Made by a program: the position numbers and the translations under genes. DNA of 64,000 bases, taken from positions 5,500,745 through 5,564,744 of the forward strand of contig MU058423.1 in NCBI GenBank assembly GCA_013265495.1, read 5' to 3'. This DNA comes from Vicugna vicugna. Taxonomy: Eukaryota. Shown piece after piece: positions 26,421 through 40,024 of the stretch; position 1 is the first letter of the stretch, and every line of letters begins with the position of its first letter. The notes below the pieces were generated by a model that saw only the letters and a list, made by a program, of their open reading frames with translations, ran no database searches and was not told the DNA's origin.

Positions 26421-27325
26421 TCTTTTTAACCATCAGGTTTTGCTGTTCCTCAGGGTTCTAAACTGGTTTCATCTCTAATTATTTACTTCCCTTGACAAAA
26501 TAACTGTATCCTGTTACACGTCATAAACATACCAATGATTTTAAAACATATACTTTTTAAAACTGTTTTGTCAAAGTTTTTATTCCTCATATTTTACTAC
26601 AGAGGTATGACAGGTATGACAAAATCAACCTGTCCAAACCAGAACTCATTTTCTTTCCGTTGAACCAATCCTCAGTCCTTATTTTCAGATCTACCAGACA
26701 ACCACCATCTCCCTAGTCACCTGGGGGAAAATGAGAAGCTCTTTGATTTTCTCTCTCCATTTCAATCACATCACCATATTATTTAATTACATTTGCAATG
26801 TATCTTGTTTCGCATCTTTCTTTTTACCCTTACAACAAGAGATATAAACCTTCATAATCTTTTACCTGAAGAATTGTTGGTCTTCCAGGCTTTGTTTCTT
26901 AACTCTATTAACCTAAATTCAATGTCACCAGCTTTAGCTTCTTAAAATGTAAACTTATTCATGTTGTCAGAGCAAGTGCAGTGTTGCTGTGATGCCTACT
27001 CGAAAACAGGCAAAAGTTCAAATTATTCCTTGACATGTAAGTCTCTTTATTATCTGACCCTAACTTAAGTGTATTAATCCCTACAACTGACTCACAAATA
27101 CACCAAATTTCTGTAAATCTTTCTGTCAATCCTAATTCTTCCTACTTTTATTTTTGCATTTGTTCCATTTCTTTTCCCCAACTGAAATGTCCTTTTCACC
27201 GTCTCCTAGTAAAATCTCACTCCTCTGTTACAACTTACTTTTAAGAGCACTATTTCTGGGAATTTTCCCCTAAATTTTTCAGGCAGGTTACTATTTTACT
27301 CCCTTGTTCTTTCATGGAAATATAT

Positions 27326-27361
27326 ACACACACACACACACATACACACACGCACACACAC
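27326..27361. repeat. interrupted (CA)n microsatellite
   Basis: Seen directly. Confidence 0.9.
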
Positions 27362-27667
27362 GTATATATCATCACCTCAAGAGCTGGAACCATATTTATG
27401 CCTTCTGAATTTGAAGCCTATAAGAATTCAGTTAAATATATATTGTCTGAATTAATAAATGATTGAAATGAGTCATTTAAACAGCACAGAACTGAGGGCC
27501 TGTAGTGGGGAAAATTTGGTTATGAAAAACGTTCTAATTATATGTAAATGCAGTAATTGAGCGTAACATTAGTGCATGTTTATTTGTCTGTCTCCACTTA
27601 ATAAAATATGAAAGCTTGACGGTTTTACTTATTGAGCTCCTAGTGCCTGAAAGAGAGTCCTTAGTAG

Positions 27668-28100
27668 TCATTCATTCATTCACTGAGAAATTATTTATTG
27701 AGCACCTACTGTGTACCAGGCATAATCCCTCAGGGCCAGGAGTAGAGCAGTGGGATAGAGCAGATGGAGATCCTGCCCGCTGACACTCAGTCCTTTGTAC
27801 AATAAAAGATGCACGAATAGGCAGCATGTGCAATGGTGACTATTTTAGAGATGAGGTAAGAAAAACCTTCTCTAATAAGGTAACAAGCCAAAAAGAGCTA
27901 AATGATTAAGACGTGGGTAATCAAAGGAGAAGTATTTCAGGGAGAGAAAAAGGCCACTGTAAAGCCCTGAGCCGGGAAAGGGCTAGAAAGGTTCCAAGAA
28001 ATGCATGGAGATCGGTGCGGCTGGTATGAGGTGATCTAGGGGCAGCAGAGTAGGGGTGCATACAGAGCTGATGTAGGGGTCAGATCATTTATGTCTTTTG
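27668..28100 (-). mobile_element. L2a 3' end
   Basis: tcattcattcattc...tatttattgagcacctactgtgtaccaggca. Confidence 0.85.
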
Positions 28101-28109
28101 GATTAACTT

Positions 28110-28710
28110 CTATTTCCTCTCCATTTATTATAAACCCCAGTGATCTTATTAAAATGCAAATTGGAACATGTCAAGATCTTATTTCAAAACTTCTGTTGGT
28201 TTCTCATTACATCCAGAAAACAGAAAAATCCTTAATATTCCGATAAGATCCTGCATAAATTATCCCCAGTTGCCTCCAAGGGCTTAGCTGCTGCCACTCT
28301 TGCTTTCACTCTCTCCTCCCAGACCACTGGGCCACTCTTCCCTGCCATAAATGTCATTTTTCACCCTGCCTCAGGAAAGCTGCCCGAGATAAGTTTTCAG
28401 ATCCCTTCTTTCATGACTTTTTTCCCCACTGGCTGCTTCTTATGCATCGTTCAGATATCATCTTAAATATTACTACTTTGGACAGACCTTCCATAAACAC
28501 TCAGTTTATGACCACCTACAGCACCCAGTAGCTATTTGTTTAATTACGTGTTAAATGTCGACTTCCCTTACTAGTTCACAAACTTTGTAGAAATAGGAAT
28601 AGTATCTGAAACAGAATATTACGCCAGCACCCAACAAGATACAAGAATATAGTGAATAATCAACCACAGTTTTGATTAGATAAATAGATAGAAGAATGAA
28701 TGAATGATGT
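28110..28710 (+). mobile_element. LINE-2 3' fragment
   Basis: cagtgatcttattaaaatgcaaatt...ccctgcctcagg...gaatgaatgaatga. Confidence 0.65.
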
Positions 28711-31398
28711 GTATTTGTCAGGTAAAAAAAACTAACAAGAAACAAATGTAGCATGTGCTTTTATACAGTGTGGTCAAGATTCTTCTGATAAATTAATTCT
28801 CAATTCTTGACACTTGGAATAAACCCTGATTTCTTTCATATCACTTCTGCGATTCTGTGAAAAGAGAGGATCACACTGATGTTCTGAAGAGCACAGGCTT
28901 TAATGATACAAATCTTAATAATAACAATTATTATATTAAAGACTTGTTTTATTTTCCTAAAACTGTCACTAACCAGCTAATGATTGTTTTGTATCTTAAA
29001 AATGCAGTTATTACATTCATCCACCAGTGTTTATGATAAGACAGTTGTACACAATAATCGACCCTAATCATTTCCCTAATCTACGGCCCATAAGAAGAAA
29101 TGTAAGACTCTTAAAACTCAGAAGAACAAACATAGCAGGTAGTGGCATGAGAAATGCTTACCATTTTCAACTACTCTGTTTACCAACTTATGTCAAGTGC
29201 CTGAATCATACAGGTACAAAACAAACATCTGTAAAATAAAGAAACATTTTAAGTCAATTAACAAATTGTATAATCAATTCTTTGAATTCAACATCCTTGA
29301 TGAAAATGTGATTATGCAGGCATGTACTTCTCTTACCTAAGACAAAAACATTTTTTTTAAAGTGAAAGGTGCTTGATTAAAAATAGAAAAATCAATAATA
29401 TGTTTACGGATACATTAAAATATTTAAAACAACTAAGTATAAGATATAAACCTTTCAGTTATTTTGATTTGTGAAACACACAAATTCACTGCACTCCATT
29501 GCAAGAATTCTGATACTTAAGTCTATTTTCTTTTAGTATTTAGCAGACAGTTTATCCAGAGTGATCCCACTACACAGTGATTTACAGACTCACTAGTTTT
29601 ATAAATTCACAATAATTTCACACAGATTTACACAATAACAATATTATCAGTCACCTCTTCGTGGGAGAAATATTTCGAAAAGCACAAGTCAATGACTTTA
29701 ATGGATATTTCTACCATCGTTGAGAAAACTGTTATTGATTTCAAATGATATGTACTCCAGTCCACGTCTAATCTATCATTACTATCTACAGCCTACAGAT
29801 TTAAAGAAATAAATAATCTCAAATTACTTCAATTAAAGACAAGATATGCCCATATCTGTCTGAACTCTGGGGCAGGCACATGTCAATCATTTCCTTCTTC
29901 TAAAATCACACGTCCGGGACATTCATTGGAAAGGCACATAGTGATGCAGTTTCCCCCACAGCTTTGTCAAAGCCAGCTGGAAGCCTCCTTCTGTTCTGAC
30001 AAGCTTGTGTATCTGGGTAGGAAGCTGGGGGTGGCCCCCTAAACAGAAACTAAGCAGTTTATCTATTTACAATAAAATGAGAGTGAGAGGCTACTTTTCA
30101 CTATATGAATTCTTAGAATTTTTTCCTATAAAAACAGCCTCTACTAAAGTAGGAATAGTTTTCACTGTGCAGAAAGCAGACGTTGCCAAACGAACTAAAT
30201 CATTTCTTTATTTCCTTATTTCATATAAAAAATTTTCATTTGCTACTTTCCTTCCCTTGAGCCTCTCAGTCTTGTCTCTTGTTAGATTAGAACAATTTCA
30301 GCAGGAGAAAGAACTGTTTAAATTTGGCAATAAGAAGGGTTTATGAAAGTTGCAATATTTTTTTTGACTATCAATCCTTGGAACGTCTCTTGGTTCTATA
30401 TCTCTCTGCATTTCTGAACCACAAAAGTGACTATTCATATATCATTTTTCCATTTGTACTAGGAAGTGTTTTTTTCTAGACTGTCAGAAATTTTCACTTG
30501 AATCCCCTTTCATTTGTTTGTTCTTTGTTTCTTGGTGATATGGATTAAATATTTCTTATTTATTTTATAATTAAATCTATACGAAACGTGAATCACTCAG
30601 TGCACTTGGCTTGTATTAAGCCTGTGAGTTGATCTAGCAATCATAATTTTACTTTCTCCTGAACTGTCCATGACTTAAAATGTTACTTTTAAACAAAAAG
30701 GCATTGTTTCCCCCAAATAAAGAAATCTCTATTTATATTCCCATATCTGCTATTATTTCTTACGGCTTTCCAAAAGTCTGAAACTCTGTGAGATACACTG
30801 ACATTATGCATCTCGTCACATGTTAGCACAAAGACCCCTCTGTGGTAAGATGAGGATCTTGCCCCTAAGGATAAATGCCCTCAGGCTTTAGGGACAAGAT
30901 CAGCATCTGGATGTGCCTTATTGGGATTAAAATACCAATTGTATCAGTTGTCATCAGAGCAATAACAAATGTGGATGATTGTTTCAGGGAGGAGCTCTAG
31001 GCAGCAGTGAGATGGCGATCTCTGTCACTATGTGTCAGGTTTAGGAGGAACTCTCGGCATTTTCTAATATTTGAAAGTTTTAACATACTTTATATATGCC
31101 TTGTTTTACATAGGAGCACCACATACAGAAGACATGGAAGTGGCCCCACCCTTAAATCTCCGCTCTCCCACCTTTTACATCTTTCTTTGTCTTCCTACCA
31201 GCCTTACCACAACCCTCAGTCTTGTTTTGCAATTATTTATTTAGTCCAAACCCCTCATTTTGCCACAGAAACACAGAAGGATTAAATGACATAGTTAAGT
31301 TCTCACACAAAGACGGAAATATCCCTCTTCTCTGTTTTAACCAAACCAATCAACAAAAACCAACCAGTGAAACAATTAAAACAAGATAACAAACAAAA

Positions 31399-31635
31399 AG
31401 TAATGTAGTACCTAAGCACACAGCTCTGGAGCTGCCCTGCCTGAGTTTGAATCCTCACTCTGCCACTTACAGGAGGTATGACTTTCCACAGTTTAAGTCC
31501 TCTGTGTATCAATTTCATAATCTATAAAATGGAGCTAATAAAAATATTTACTTTATAATGTAGCTATGAAAATTAGAGGTCCATGTTTGTAAAGTTTTTA
31601 AAATAATATTTAATGCATAATAAGTACTATATAGT
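31399..31635 (+). mobile_element. MIR SINE
   Basis: gctctggagctgccctgcctgagtttgaatcctcactctgccacttac...tctataaaatgg. Confidence 0.85.
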
Positions 31636-31639
31636 ATTT

Positions 31640-33000
31640 ATAGAAACATTTATAAGTAAAATAAAATACAGAAAAGTATGCGCATTAGATAACGTCCTAT
31701 TTAACATATAATTATGAAGCAAACACGCATGTCACTATGTACACAAGGCACATCTCCAGGACCCAGAAAAAAGCCCCCATTCCTACCATGCAGAGTCTCA
31801 GTGACAAACTCCTCCTTCCTTGAAAAATTCTCTGAAAAATAGTCAGGATTATCTATTATTATGACTCCTTAAATAATCATTTTCTTGCTTTCCTTTATAT
31901 TTTTGCTACTTATGCATGCATCCCTAAACAATATGGTCAATTTTCCATTTCTGAAATTTATATAAATGGAATCAGACTGTGTCACACTACTTTAAATCTA
32001 GCTTGGGTCTAGAAATTTCATCTCAGATGCACTTTGTTTATTTTCAGTGCTGTATTTTATGATTATATTCCATTTATTTATGAATTTATATATTGTTATT
32101 AGATATTTGGGTTGTGTTCAGTTATGAATAAGGCTGCTACTGATTTTTTGTCACATGAAGATAGTGTATATGAGAATGAATGGGTTTCCTAAGCACTGTG
32201 GTATGCGTATTTCCAACTTTATTGGATAATATTCAGAAGTTTTTTTCCAAAGTATCTGCCAGTTTACACTTTCAAAGCAGATATATGAAAACTGTGATTG
32301 TTCTACCATTAGTTATTGATTGCTACATAGACATTTCCCTAAAACCTGGCTTAAAATCACAACAGTGATTTATCATTTCTCACTATTTCTGTGGATCAGG
32401 AATCAAAGAGCCATTCAAGCTGAGCAGGTCTGGCTCTGAGTCTCACATTAGGTCACAATCAAACGTCACCTGGAACTACAGTCTCGTAAAAGCTTGCCAG
32501 GGGCTAGAAGATTCACTTCAAAAGTGGTTCATTCACATGGCAGGCAAACTGGTGCTGGCTGATAGCTGGGTGCCTCAGTTCCACGTGGAATTCCTCATGA
32601 GACTGCTTTGAATGTCCTGCAAATGGCGTGGTGGCTGGTTTTCCCCAGAATGAATGTTCCAAGAGGGCGAGGCAGAAATGTCAATGCCCTTTGTAACCTA
32701 GTCACACATCCTTCTACACAATGATGTTTGGTCCCACAGGCCAGCCTTGGCTCCATTTGGAGGGCATGACAAAAGGGTGTTAAGACCCGAAAGTGAAGCT
32801 TGTTGGGAACCATCTTGGAAGCTGGATCCACACTCCACTTTCTCCCAACATTTAATATGGTCAGACAGTTAAAATTGTTTTGTAGTTTTAATTTGAATTT
32901 TCCTGATAAGTAATGAAATTAAGTATATTCATATGTCTACTGGCATTCATATTTTATGTTTTGTGAAATACATAATTTTTCATTTGTTTTTCTTTTATGG
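31640..33000 (-). mobile_element. L1ME-like fragment split by an MLT1 LTR
   Basis: Antisense old L1 3' text on both sides of the LTR. Confidence 0.6.
32305..32832 (-). mobile_element. MLT1 (MaLR) solo LTR, MLT1F/G-like
   Basis: Minus strand begins TGTGGATCCAGCTTCCAAGATGG; ctcactatttctgtggatcaggaat and cacatggcaggcaaactggtgctggctg motifs. Confidence 0.85.
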
Positions 33001-33399
33001 CCAGTTATACATTTTCTCATGTGATGAGGTGTCTGCTTCTAAGACTCCTGGACAGTCTTTTAAAACAGTGTGACAAGTTCAAACCACAATTTTTTGTCTC
33101 AAAGCATGGACTGATATATAAGGATTCCTAAACATGTGGTAAAATAACATTTATTTCTAGTAGCTACAGAGCTGAAGTACTTGACAGCCAAACCCAAAGT
33201 TCTTTACGATGATCACTAAATTAAAATAGCATCAAATTCATATTCTCTACAGATCTGTTCTGTAAATTTTGGGAATAGAGTAAGAAAGATAGGGGCCCAG
33301 AGACTCACAATAAATACAGGTTAAAAAAAAAAAAACCCTCAGAGGCTAGAAACAGAAGCCCCACCGAGCATTCCTTGGAAGCAGAAGCAGATCATCCCG

Positions 33400-34800
33400 T
33401 CTTATCTTAGTGTGCTACAACTCCTTCATCCAAGAAAATCACTTTGCAGTTGACCTAGAAAGCCAATTCTCCTCACTCCCCACATCCACAACCCCTAATT
33501 CTCTGCATTCATATTTCTAGAGGTAGGTGTCAAGGTGGCTGTTTAGGGGAGAAGGCTGGATGATTACTGTCTCTCCATGTCTCCTCTTACTGGCACTATT
33601 TTTTTTTGCTCAAGCATTCTGATTCTGGCCAGCAATAGCAAAAGGCTCAGAGGCCTCTAGGATCCACCTCCATTCTTTTCAGGGACCTAACAGAACACAC
33701 CCATGAGCTCATACATGTACTGTGAGTGACGGACAGTAATGCAGCAGCAGGAGGCATATGAGGAAGGTGCATGATATGCTGATGCAGCTAAACTTAACCC
33801 TGGCTTTCAGCACGTGCCTAACCCTGGGCTCATGGACAGCACTTCTATCAGATGGAAAATTTTTGATGGACATGTTTTAATATGTGGCTAAGGATAAGTT
33901 AAGAATGGGCAGCATAGGCTTCACTGTCAACTAGTGTCTGATGGTCACACATTCCATCCCTATTAGTGCCAAGCAACCTATCGGGAGCTTCTTCTCAAAA
34001 GAAAATTTTACTTCCTGAAGGGGGCACTGTGATGTTCAAAGATTCCTAAGCACCAGTGCTGTGGCTGTCCTACTGGAGACTGACACAGGTTCTAGAAATT
34101 ATGTGTCTACTACACACATTCCAAGAGGTACTGGATCCACTGAAAACTTCGGGCCCAGTGGCAGAGATGGTTGTGCTTCTGTTTACATGTATGGACATGA
34201 GCAGCACCTGGCAGAACAATAAGTTCACAAAAAGTGGTAAAGGCTGCATTTATTTATTCCAATAAAGAGGTTATCTTTGGTCCTGTGCATGGTAGGTTTC
34301 CCACTGAACCCAACTGTCTATGGCAGCCTCCAACTAGAGGTCTAATGTAGAATTATTTCTGCATTTTTCAAGGCTTTTGTGATGAGGTCAATATCTCAGA
34401 TATCCTGAGAAATATGTAATTTCTTTTCATTTATTATTTTGGTAACCAAGTTCCAGGGACTTCTATTTGACGTTTCCTATCACAGTATCACTTACTTAAG
34501 GGGAAAATGTAGTTTCTCTCAATGCTGAGGATATACATTCCAACTACACATTGGGAAGCAGGAGAAACAACAGACAGATAATTAGGGCCTATAGTTAAGC
34601 AGATTTGGATTAAAACTGTACCACCTGACCCTTAAAACTGATACTCTGAACGGTGAGTCACTATAAAACACTGTGTTCCTAAAGGAGTTACAACTTGCAG
34701 CCACTGCTGAATAATTCCTGCAACACCTAGGTAGCTTTCTTTCCCCAGTGCACAGTTACTCTGGTAATTACTGGTCACATATCTCTTTGGGGAGTGTTAA
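33400..34800 (-). mobile_element. older ERV-L internal remnant (protease and RT/RNaseH-connection regions)
   Basis: Minus translations LPQRD...TRVTVHWGK (about 34795-34740) and FSFEKKL...LALIGMECVT...KPMLPILN (about 34000-33900) resemble ERV-L pro/pol, with many stops. Confidence 0.7.
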
Positions 34801-35180
34801 ATGAAGGATTTATAATAAATATCAGAGTATCTCCTTAAGAGCATTAAGGCTTCACTTCATTTAAGGAATTCTGAGGTGTGAAATATCTAACTATGAGAAT
34901 TGGATGGCTTGTTCTTTGGAGATCAAATTCAAGTGATATTTATTAATTTCCAGCCCAAGAATTCCATGATTAATTGAATACCACCAAAGAGCCTGGGCAT
35001 CACTTAATTCTGCCACGTTAGTCAATCAATCTGCCTCTCAGTTATGTTGGCCTTTATTGGCTTCTCTGCCCATGAGATTCTCCCATACTAAGAGAATATT
35101 TCCGTGACATTATCTCCCACTAGGATAATCTGTTATTAAATGGGATTATGTTATTTTGTTAACCAAATATGTTCAGCAGC

Positions 35181-35658
35181 TGTATTAGTTTTCAAAATGA
35201 GTTGTATACACTTTGTATTAGAAAACCAATGGCCACAAACTAAGTGGCTTAAAATGACACAAATTTATTATCCTATAGTTTTGTAGTTCAGAAATCTGAG
35301 CTGGATTTCACTGTGTAAAATCAAGGCGTCAGCAGGGCTGTATTCCTTTCTGGGGGCTCCAGGGAGAACCTGTTTCTTTGCTTTTTATAATCTACAGGCT
35401 GACCTCATTCCTTGGCTTACGGCCTTCATCCTCCATCCAGCAACTGCTCAAGCTACACTTATTTCCATTATCATATCTCCTTGTGTTATTTGATTCTTCA
35501 GTCTCACCTTCTCAATAAGGGCCCCTGTGTTTGCATTGGTCCTACCTGAATAACCCAAGATAACCTCCCAGTTTAAAGTCAGAATCTTATGTTTATCTGT
35601 AATCTTAATTCTCCTCAGGATTAGACATCTTCGTTGGGCTCATGATTCTGCCTCCATA
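35181..35658 (-). mobile_element. MLT1C/D-like LTR
   Basis: ccacaaactaagtggcttaaaa...aatcaaggcgtcagcagggctgtattcctttctgggggctccagggagaa. Confidence 0.85.
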
Positions 35659-36529
35659 GAATTGCTAATCAGTACTTATCAAACATTCAATAATTAATTA
35701 ATATATATTTTCAGCTTGATTAGTGTAATTATGAAGAGTAAGAAAGAAATTCCATAAATAACCTCCATGTTTGATGTCAAGACTATAACTCACTTCCTGG
35801 CACTGTTTACTTATTTTGCACATGGAAAACCTCCTCAAGCGTTTCATGTAACTGGGCTGCTCTTTGTTTTAAAGCAATGGCCTGTATTATCCCAAACAAT
35901 GACATCAATTTATGTCTTCCAAGTCAAGGGGGCATATGCCTCCTTTATCCTCTGAAATTTATTATAAAAACTAAGGGCATTCACATTCTTACTCTTTAAC
36001 CTCTCCACCATGGTCCTTCTCTAGTCATTATAGGGCAGAGGTAAATAATCCTTTTTAGGCATATCTAAATTATATTGGCCATACCTCTATTATAGCATTA
36101 ATCCACTGAATCCTATTTTATCCCCCACGTTTCTCCTATTAATTAGTTCCTTGATCTCAGAAATACTGTATTATTCACCTTTCTAGTCACATGGACTAAA
36201 ATTGCAGGTTGAAGTTAAAAGAGGCTTAAGTTCTGTGAAAGAATAAATTAGTTATAGAATTATTTAATAGTCAATGCAAAGGCAGTACTGTAAATTGAAA
36301 TGTGTGATACAAATTATTTATTATTAAGAAAACAGAAGTATATGTGTTTATCATTTTAAAGAGATTCTTTGAAATTAGGTAACATATGTTAAAATAATTG
36401 AGAATAGGGAAGATAGCTTTCAGGATGGGATAATGATCTCTGATTTGTACATAGCTTCCTGAAAGAAATTCTCTGTGACATCTGCTGTCTTCACCTGACA
36501 TAGATTAATATTACTTGAGTGATGGGGTG

Positions 36530-36612
36530 ATTTGAGCCTTTTTGGAGTAAACTATCATTATCCTGCAATATATTTGAACCTTTTGGAGTTAATTATCATT
36601 ATCCTACAATCT
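36530..36612. repeat. two-copy tandem duplication, about 42-bp unit
   Basis: atttga(g/a)ccttttggagt...tatcattatcct(g/a)caat at 36530 and 36572. Confidence 0.85.
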
Positions 36613-37099
36613 GTATAACTAGGGTTTCAGTTACTAATGACAGAGTTATACTCATTAAAGGGAAGAGAATGTTATTATTGATCAATATTTATATTGCCAT
36701 TTCTAAGTAATTAACATTGATCATTTTCTGAATCAAATGAACCTCCTGCAAATTATTTCATAATGGCCACAGCATGCAGAAACTGCCTATTTAATTGTTC
36801 ATAGAAAACCACTGATATTTTCTAAATTTCTATCAATAAGTGATTTGCATTACCTTTGAATTTCAGATACTTTAAATGCTTAATTCTAAATTATTTAACT
36901 AGCCCATTATTAGTCATATAAATGACATTTTAAGACTTGCTCTTTTCAAAAAGAAAATAACTTATGCCATTTTATCCGAGATTTTAGTGAGTATCTCTAG
37001 TACCTTCACTGAAATGCCATCTGGAGTCTATATAACATATATTACTATACACTCATTGGAACAAAATAAATATTTGCTGAACTAAAACTAACCACAGTA

Positions 37100-40020
37100 C
37101 TTCTAGTTTCCTCACCAGAATGTAGAAAACTAGAAGCAACTTGAAAGAGTTGGACTAACTTCAAATTCAAGACATTTTAGACCTAATCAGAAATCTGTGG
37201 TTACAGAGTAAACTGACTCCAAATTTAAGGAAAGACACTGCCCACAGGAAGAGAAGAGGTGCTGAAACTCACCCAGCTGAGGTGGAGACAATCACATACC
37301 GGGAAGAAGCTACTGACGCAATGAAACCCTTGGGGGCTACAGATATTGGGAAGAGTTTGTACCTTCCTGTCAGTTCTTTCTGCATAAACCTGCCCAGAGC
37401 TCACTGAGAAGATCAGAAAGAGCCTGTGGCTGTGCCAACTGTGAGGCAGACCAGGAGGGGCCCATTAGTCATAGGAAGGGACAAGTGACTCTTACTGGAT
37501 CCTTCCCTCTAACTCCACCACAAAACACAGTGTGCTGCAAAGAAAGAGTAATGCTGTTAGCTTTGATTGGTGAAGGTTCATTTCAGGTGAGGGAGAGCAA
37601 TGACAAGGGAGGGATTAAGCTACATCCTAGGGGAGGGGCTAGAATTAAGCACTGAGCCCAAAATTTCAGGCAGAGAAGGAAAAGAACTAAGGAAGTCATA
37701 TCCCCTGGAGTCATGGTGCATTCCCGAGACTGAGTCTAAAACTCAAGAATGGAGACTGTTTCCCTCCACACCATCACCGATCCAGACGGCTTGAATCACA
37801 ATTACAGAAGTACTGTAATTCAAGAATTACAGAATGCTAGGAAGACAGAAGAAGAACAGCAGACAAAAATGCTGTCTCTGAGTCACAGCAGAAAGGGAAA
37901 CCCAAAATTCAGAATCAAACAAATTTTGCTCTGATAAAGCACCAGCCACCCTAGATACTAGGTCTCTGTAAATCAGAGGACTATGTTGCATTGGGGGAAA
38001 TCACAACAAAAACAAATGTCAAATGCAGCCCGATTCCTAAACTAGACTGAAAAAGTGAACCAAGAGCCTAGCAGAAGGAGAGCTGTGACTATTTTGTGGC
38101 AAAAAATTATTATTTCAGAGTCTACTGCTCTATATAACATGTCTAGTTTTCAACAAAATACTATAAGGACTCAAAAAGATAGAAGAAAAAACAAAAAACA
38201 AAACAAAACACACCCAAAGAAAGAGCAATCAAACTAACCAGACCCAGACTCAGATATGAGAGAGATGTTACAACTATCTTATAGGGACTTAAAATAACTA
38301 TGATTAACATATTCAGAGCTCTGAAAGCTCTAACTAAATGGGAGGATAACACGCATGATCAGATGGGTAATTTTAGCAGAGAAATGGAAATTATAAAATA
38401 ATCAAAGGAAAATTGAAGAAATTAAAAACACATAATAAAGAGGAAGAAAGCCTTCAATAAGTTCATCAGTATAATCAACACAGCCAAGGAAAGAATCAAT
38501 GAACTTAATGATTATTCAATAGGAATTACCCAAGCTCAAACACAAAGAAAAATGTCAGAATGGGGAGCAAAAGCAGGACATCCAACAGCTGTGGAACTAA
38601 ATCAAATGTGTGACTGTAGTCCCAGGAGCAGGAAGAGAGAAAAGGCAAGAAGAGATATTTGGGGAAATAATGGCTGAGAATTTTCTAAAATTCATCTTAA
38701 GGAATCTAGCTCCTGCCCAAAAACTTAGGTGTGATTTTTTAGGCCCAAACACAGACAAATGCAAAGACTTTACCCGGCAGGCCTCACAGGGGGTGGCTGC
38801 TCTCCCCACACCAGACTTGATGAACAGTCAATGCACTGGAGTCTCCAAAAGACTTGCAGTCAGGACTCACCTGTGCCCCTAGGACTGGCCATGCTTTCTG
38901 CACATCTGCATTTGTAGCCAAGGCACCTTCATTTCAAGGTCTTATCCAGAAAACTTGAAGATACTGCTCTCCACTCTGATTCAGCACTTGGTACTTTTCG
39001 ACTCCTTGGCCGATAGTCTCTTCTCCCCCTGCTGCCTGGGTGCATACAACTGCAGGATTCATTTTTTCAGGCCCCCTCAACAGTGAGAAGAACCCCATGT
39101 CTGGGCTGATCCACCTGAACCTCAACTGGCACACTGCTCCATCAGGGAAAACAGGACAAGGTACACTGTCAGAGTAGTGATCAAGGCTTGGTCATTTCCA
39201 TCTGGACATCCTGCTTTAGTCAGCTAGTCTAGCACCTGGAATGTCAGCTCTCTCCCAGATCAACAGAGCTCCAGACAAATGCCAGACATGAAAATGCAGA
39301 TTCAAGAAGCTCAAAGAATACCAAGAAGGAAAAATACAAAGAAACATACAGACAATATGCCCACACCTAGGCATATTATATTGAAACTCTGAAAACAAAA
39401 GAAAAAGAAAAAAAAATACCATGAAGACAGTGAGACAAAAGAAGAAACATACAGAGATGAATGAAGATTAAGAATTACTGCAGATATCTTGGGAATCCAC
39501 AAACCAAAAACAAAGGCATGGTATCTTAAATGTGCTTTTAAAAAAAACCTATATTTAAATAATATAACTAGTGACATATTCTTTCAAAAGTGAAAGTAAA
39601 GTAAGTAAGTTCTCAAACAGAAATCTAGAGATGCCATGCCAGTAGACCTACAATAAAATAAATGTTAGCAAAACCTCTTCTGGTAGAGAGAATATGGTAC
39701 CAGACTGAAAGCTGGGCCTACAAAAAAGGAGTGAATGGTGCTGCAATAAACTAGAAAAAGAGTAAAATTAAATTTTCTTATTTTAGTTGTTATAAAAGAG
39801 AACTGTCCAAAGAAATACAGTAGCAATATACTATACATATGTATAGTGACAATGTATTGTTTATATGTTTATAGCATATATAAAATAAGAGAATAAGGAA
39901 ACAATGGCATAAAGAATGGAGGAAGAAATCAGAAATATAATACTTAAAGTAATTACTCTGTGTGTAAAGTGGGCTAATATTATTTGAATTTGGAATATAG
40001 TAACTTAAAGGTGTATATTT
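37100..40020 (+). mobile_element. ancient L1M 5'UTR plus ORF1 region, interrupted at 38696-39276
   Basis: ORF1-like EEIFGEIMAENFLK in ORF 38610-38882; cagattcaagaagctca...cacacctaggcatattat; A-rich sense strand. Confidence 0.75.
38696..39276 (-). pseudogene. inserted fragment resembling a decayed C2H2 zinc-finger gene (possibly KRAB-ZNF)
   Basis: Minus strand PDCKSFGDSSALTVHQ, then (frameshifted) PCEAC and GKVF; YKC and GEK remnants upstream; multiple stops and frameshifts. Confidence 0.5.
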
Positions 40021-40024
40021 TAAA

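Larger units (their letters stand above)
24060..27470 (+). mobile_element. LINE-2 host, fragmented by three L1 insertions
   Basis: L2 text is continuous across the 24116/25268 duplication, resumes at about 26430 and ends tgaattaataaatgattgaa. Confidence 0.55.

Noticed and set aside
29745..29820. IYSL...RNK-like text resembling an olfactory receptor TM7 end
   Set aside because: In-frame stops, no PxLNP and no upstream KAxxTCxSHL or MAYDRY motif; treated as chance
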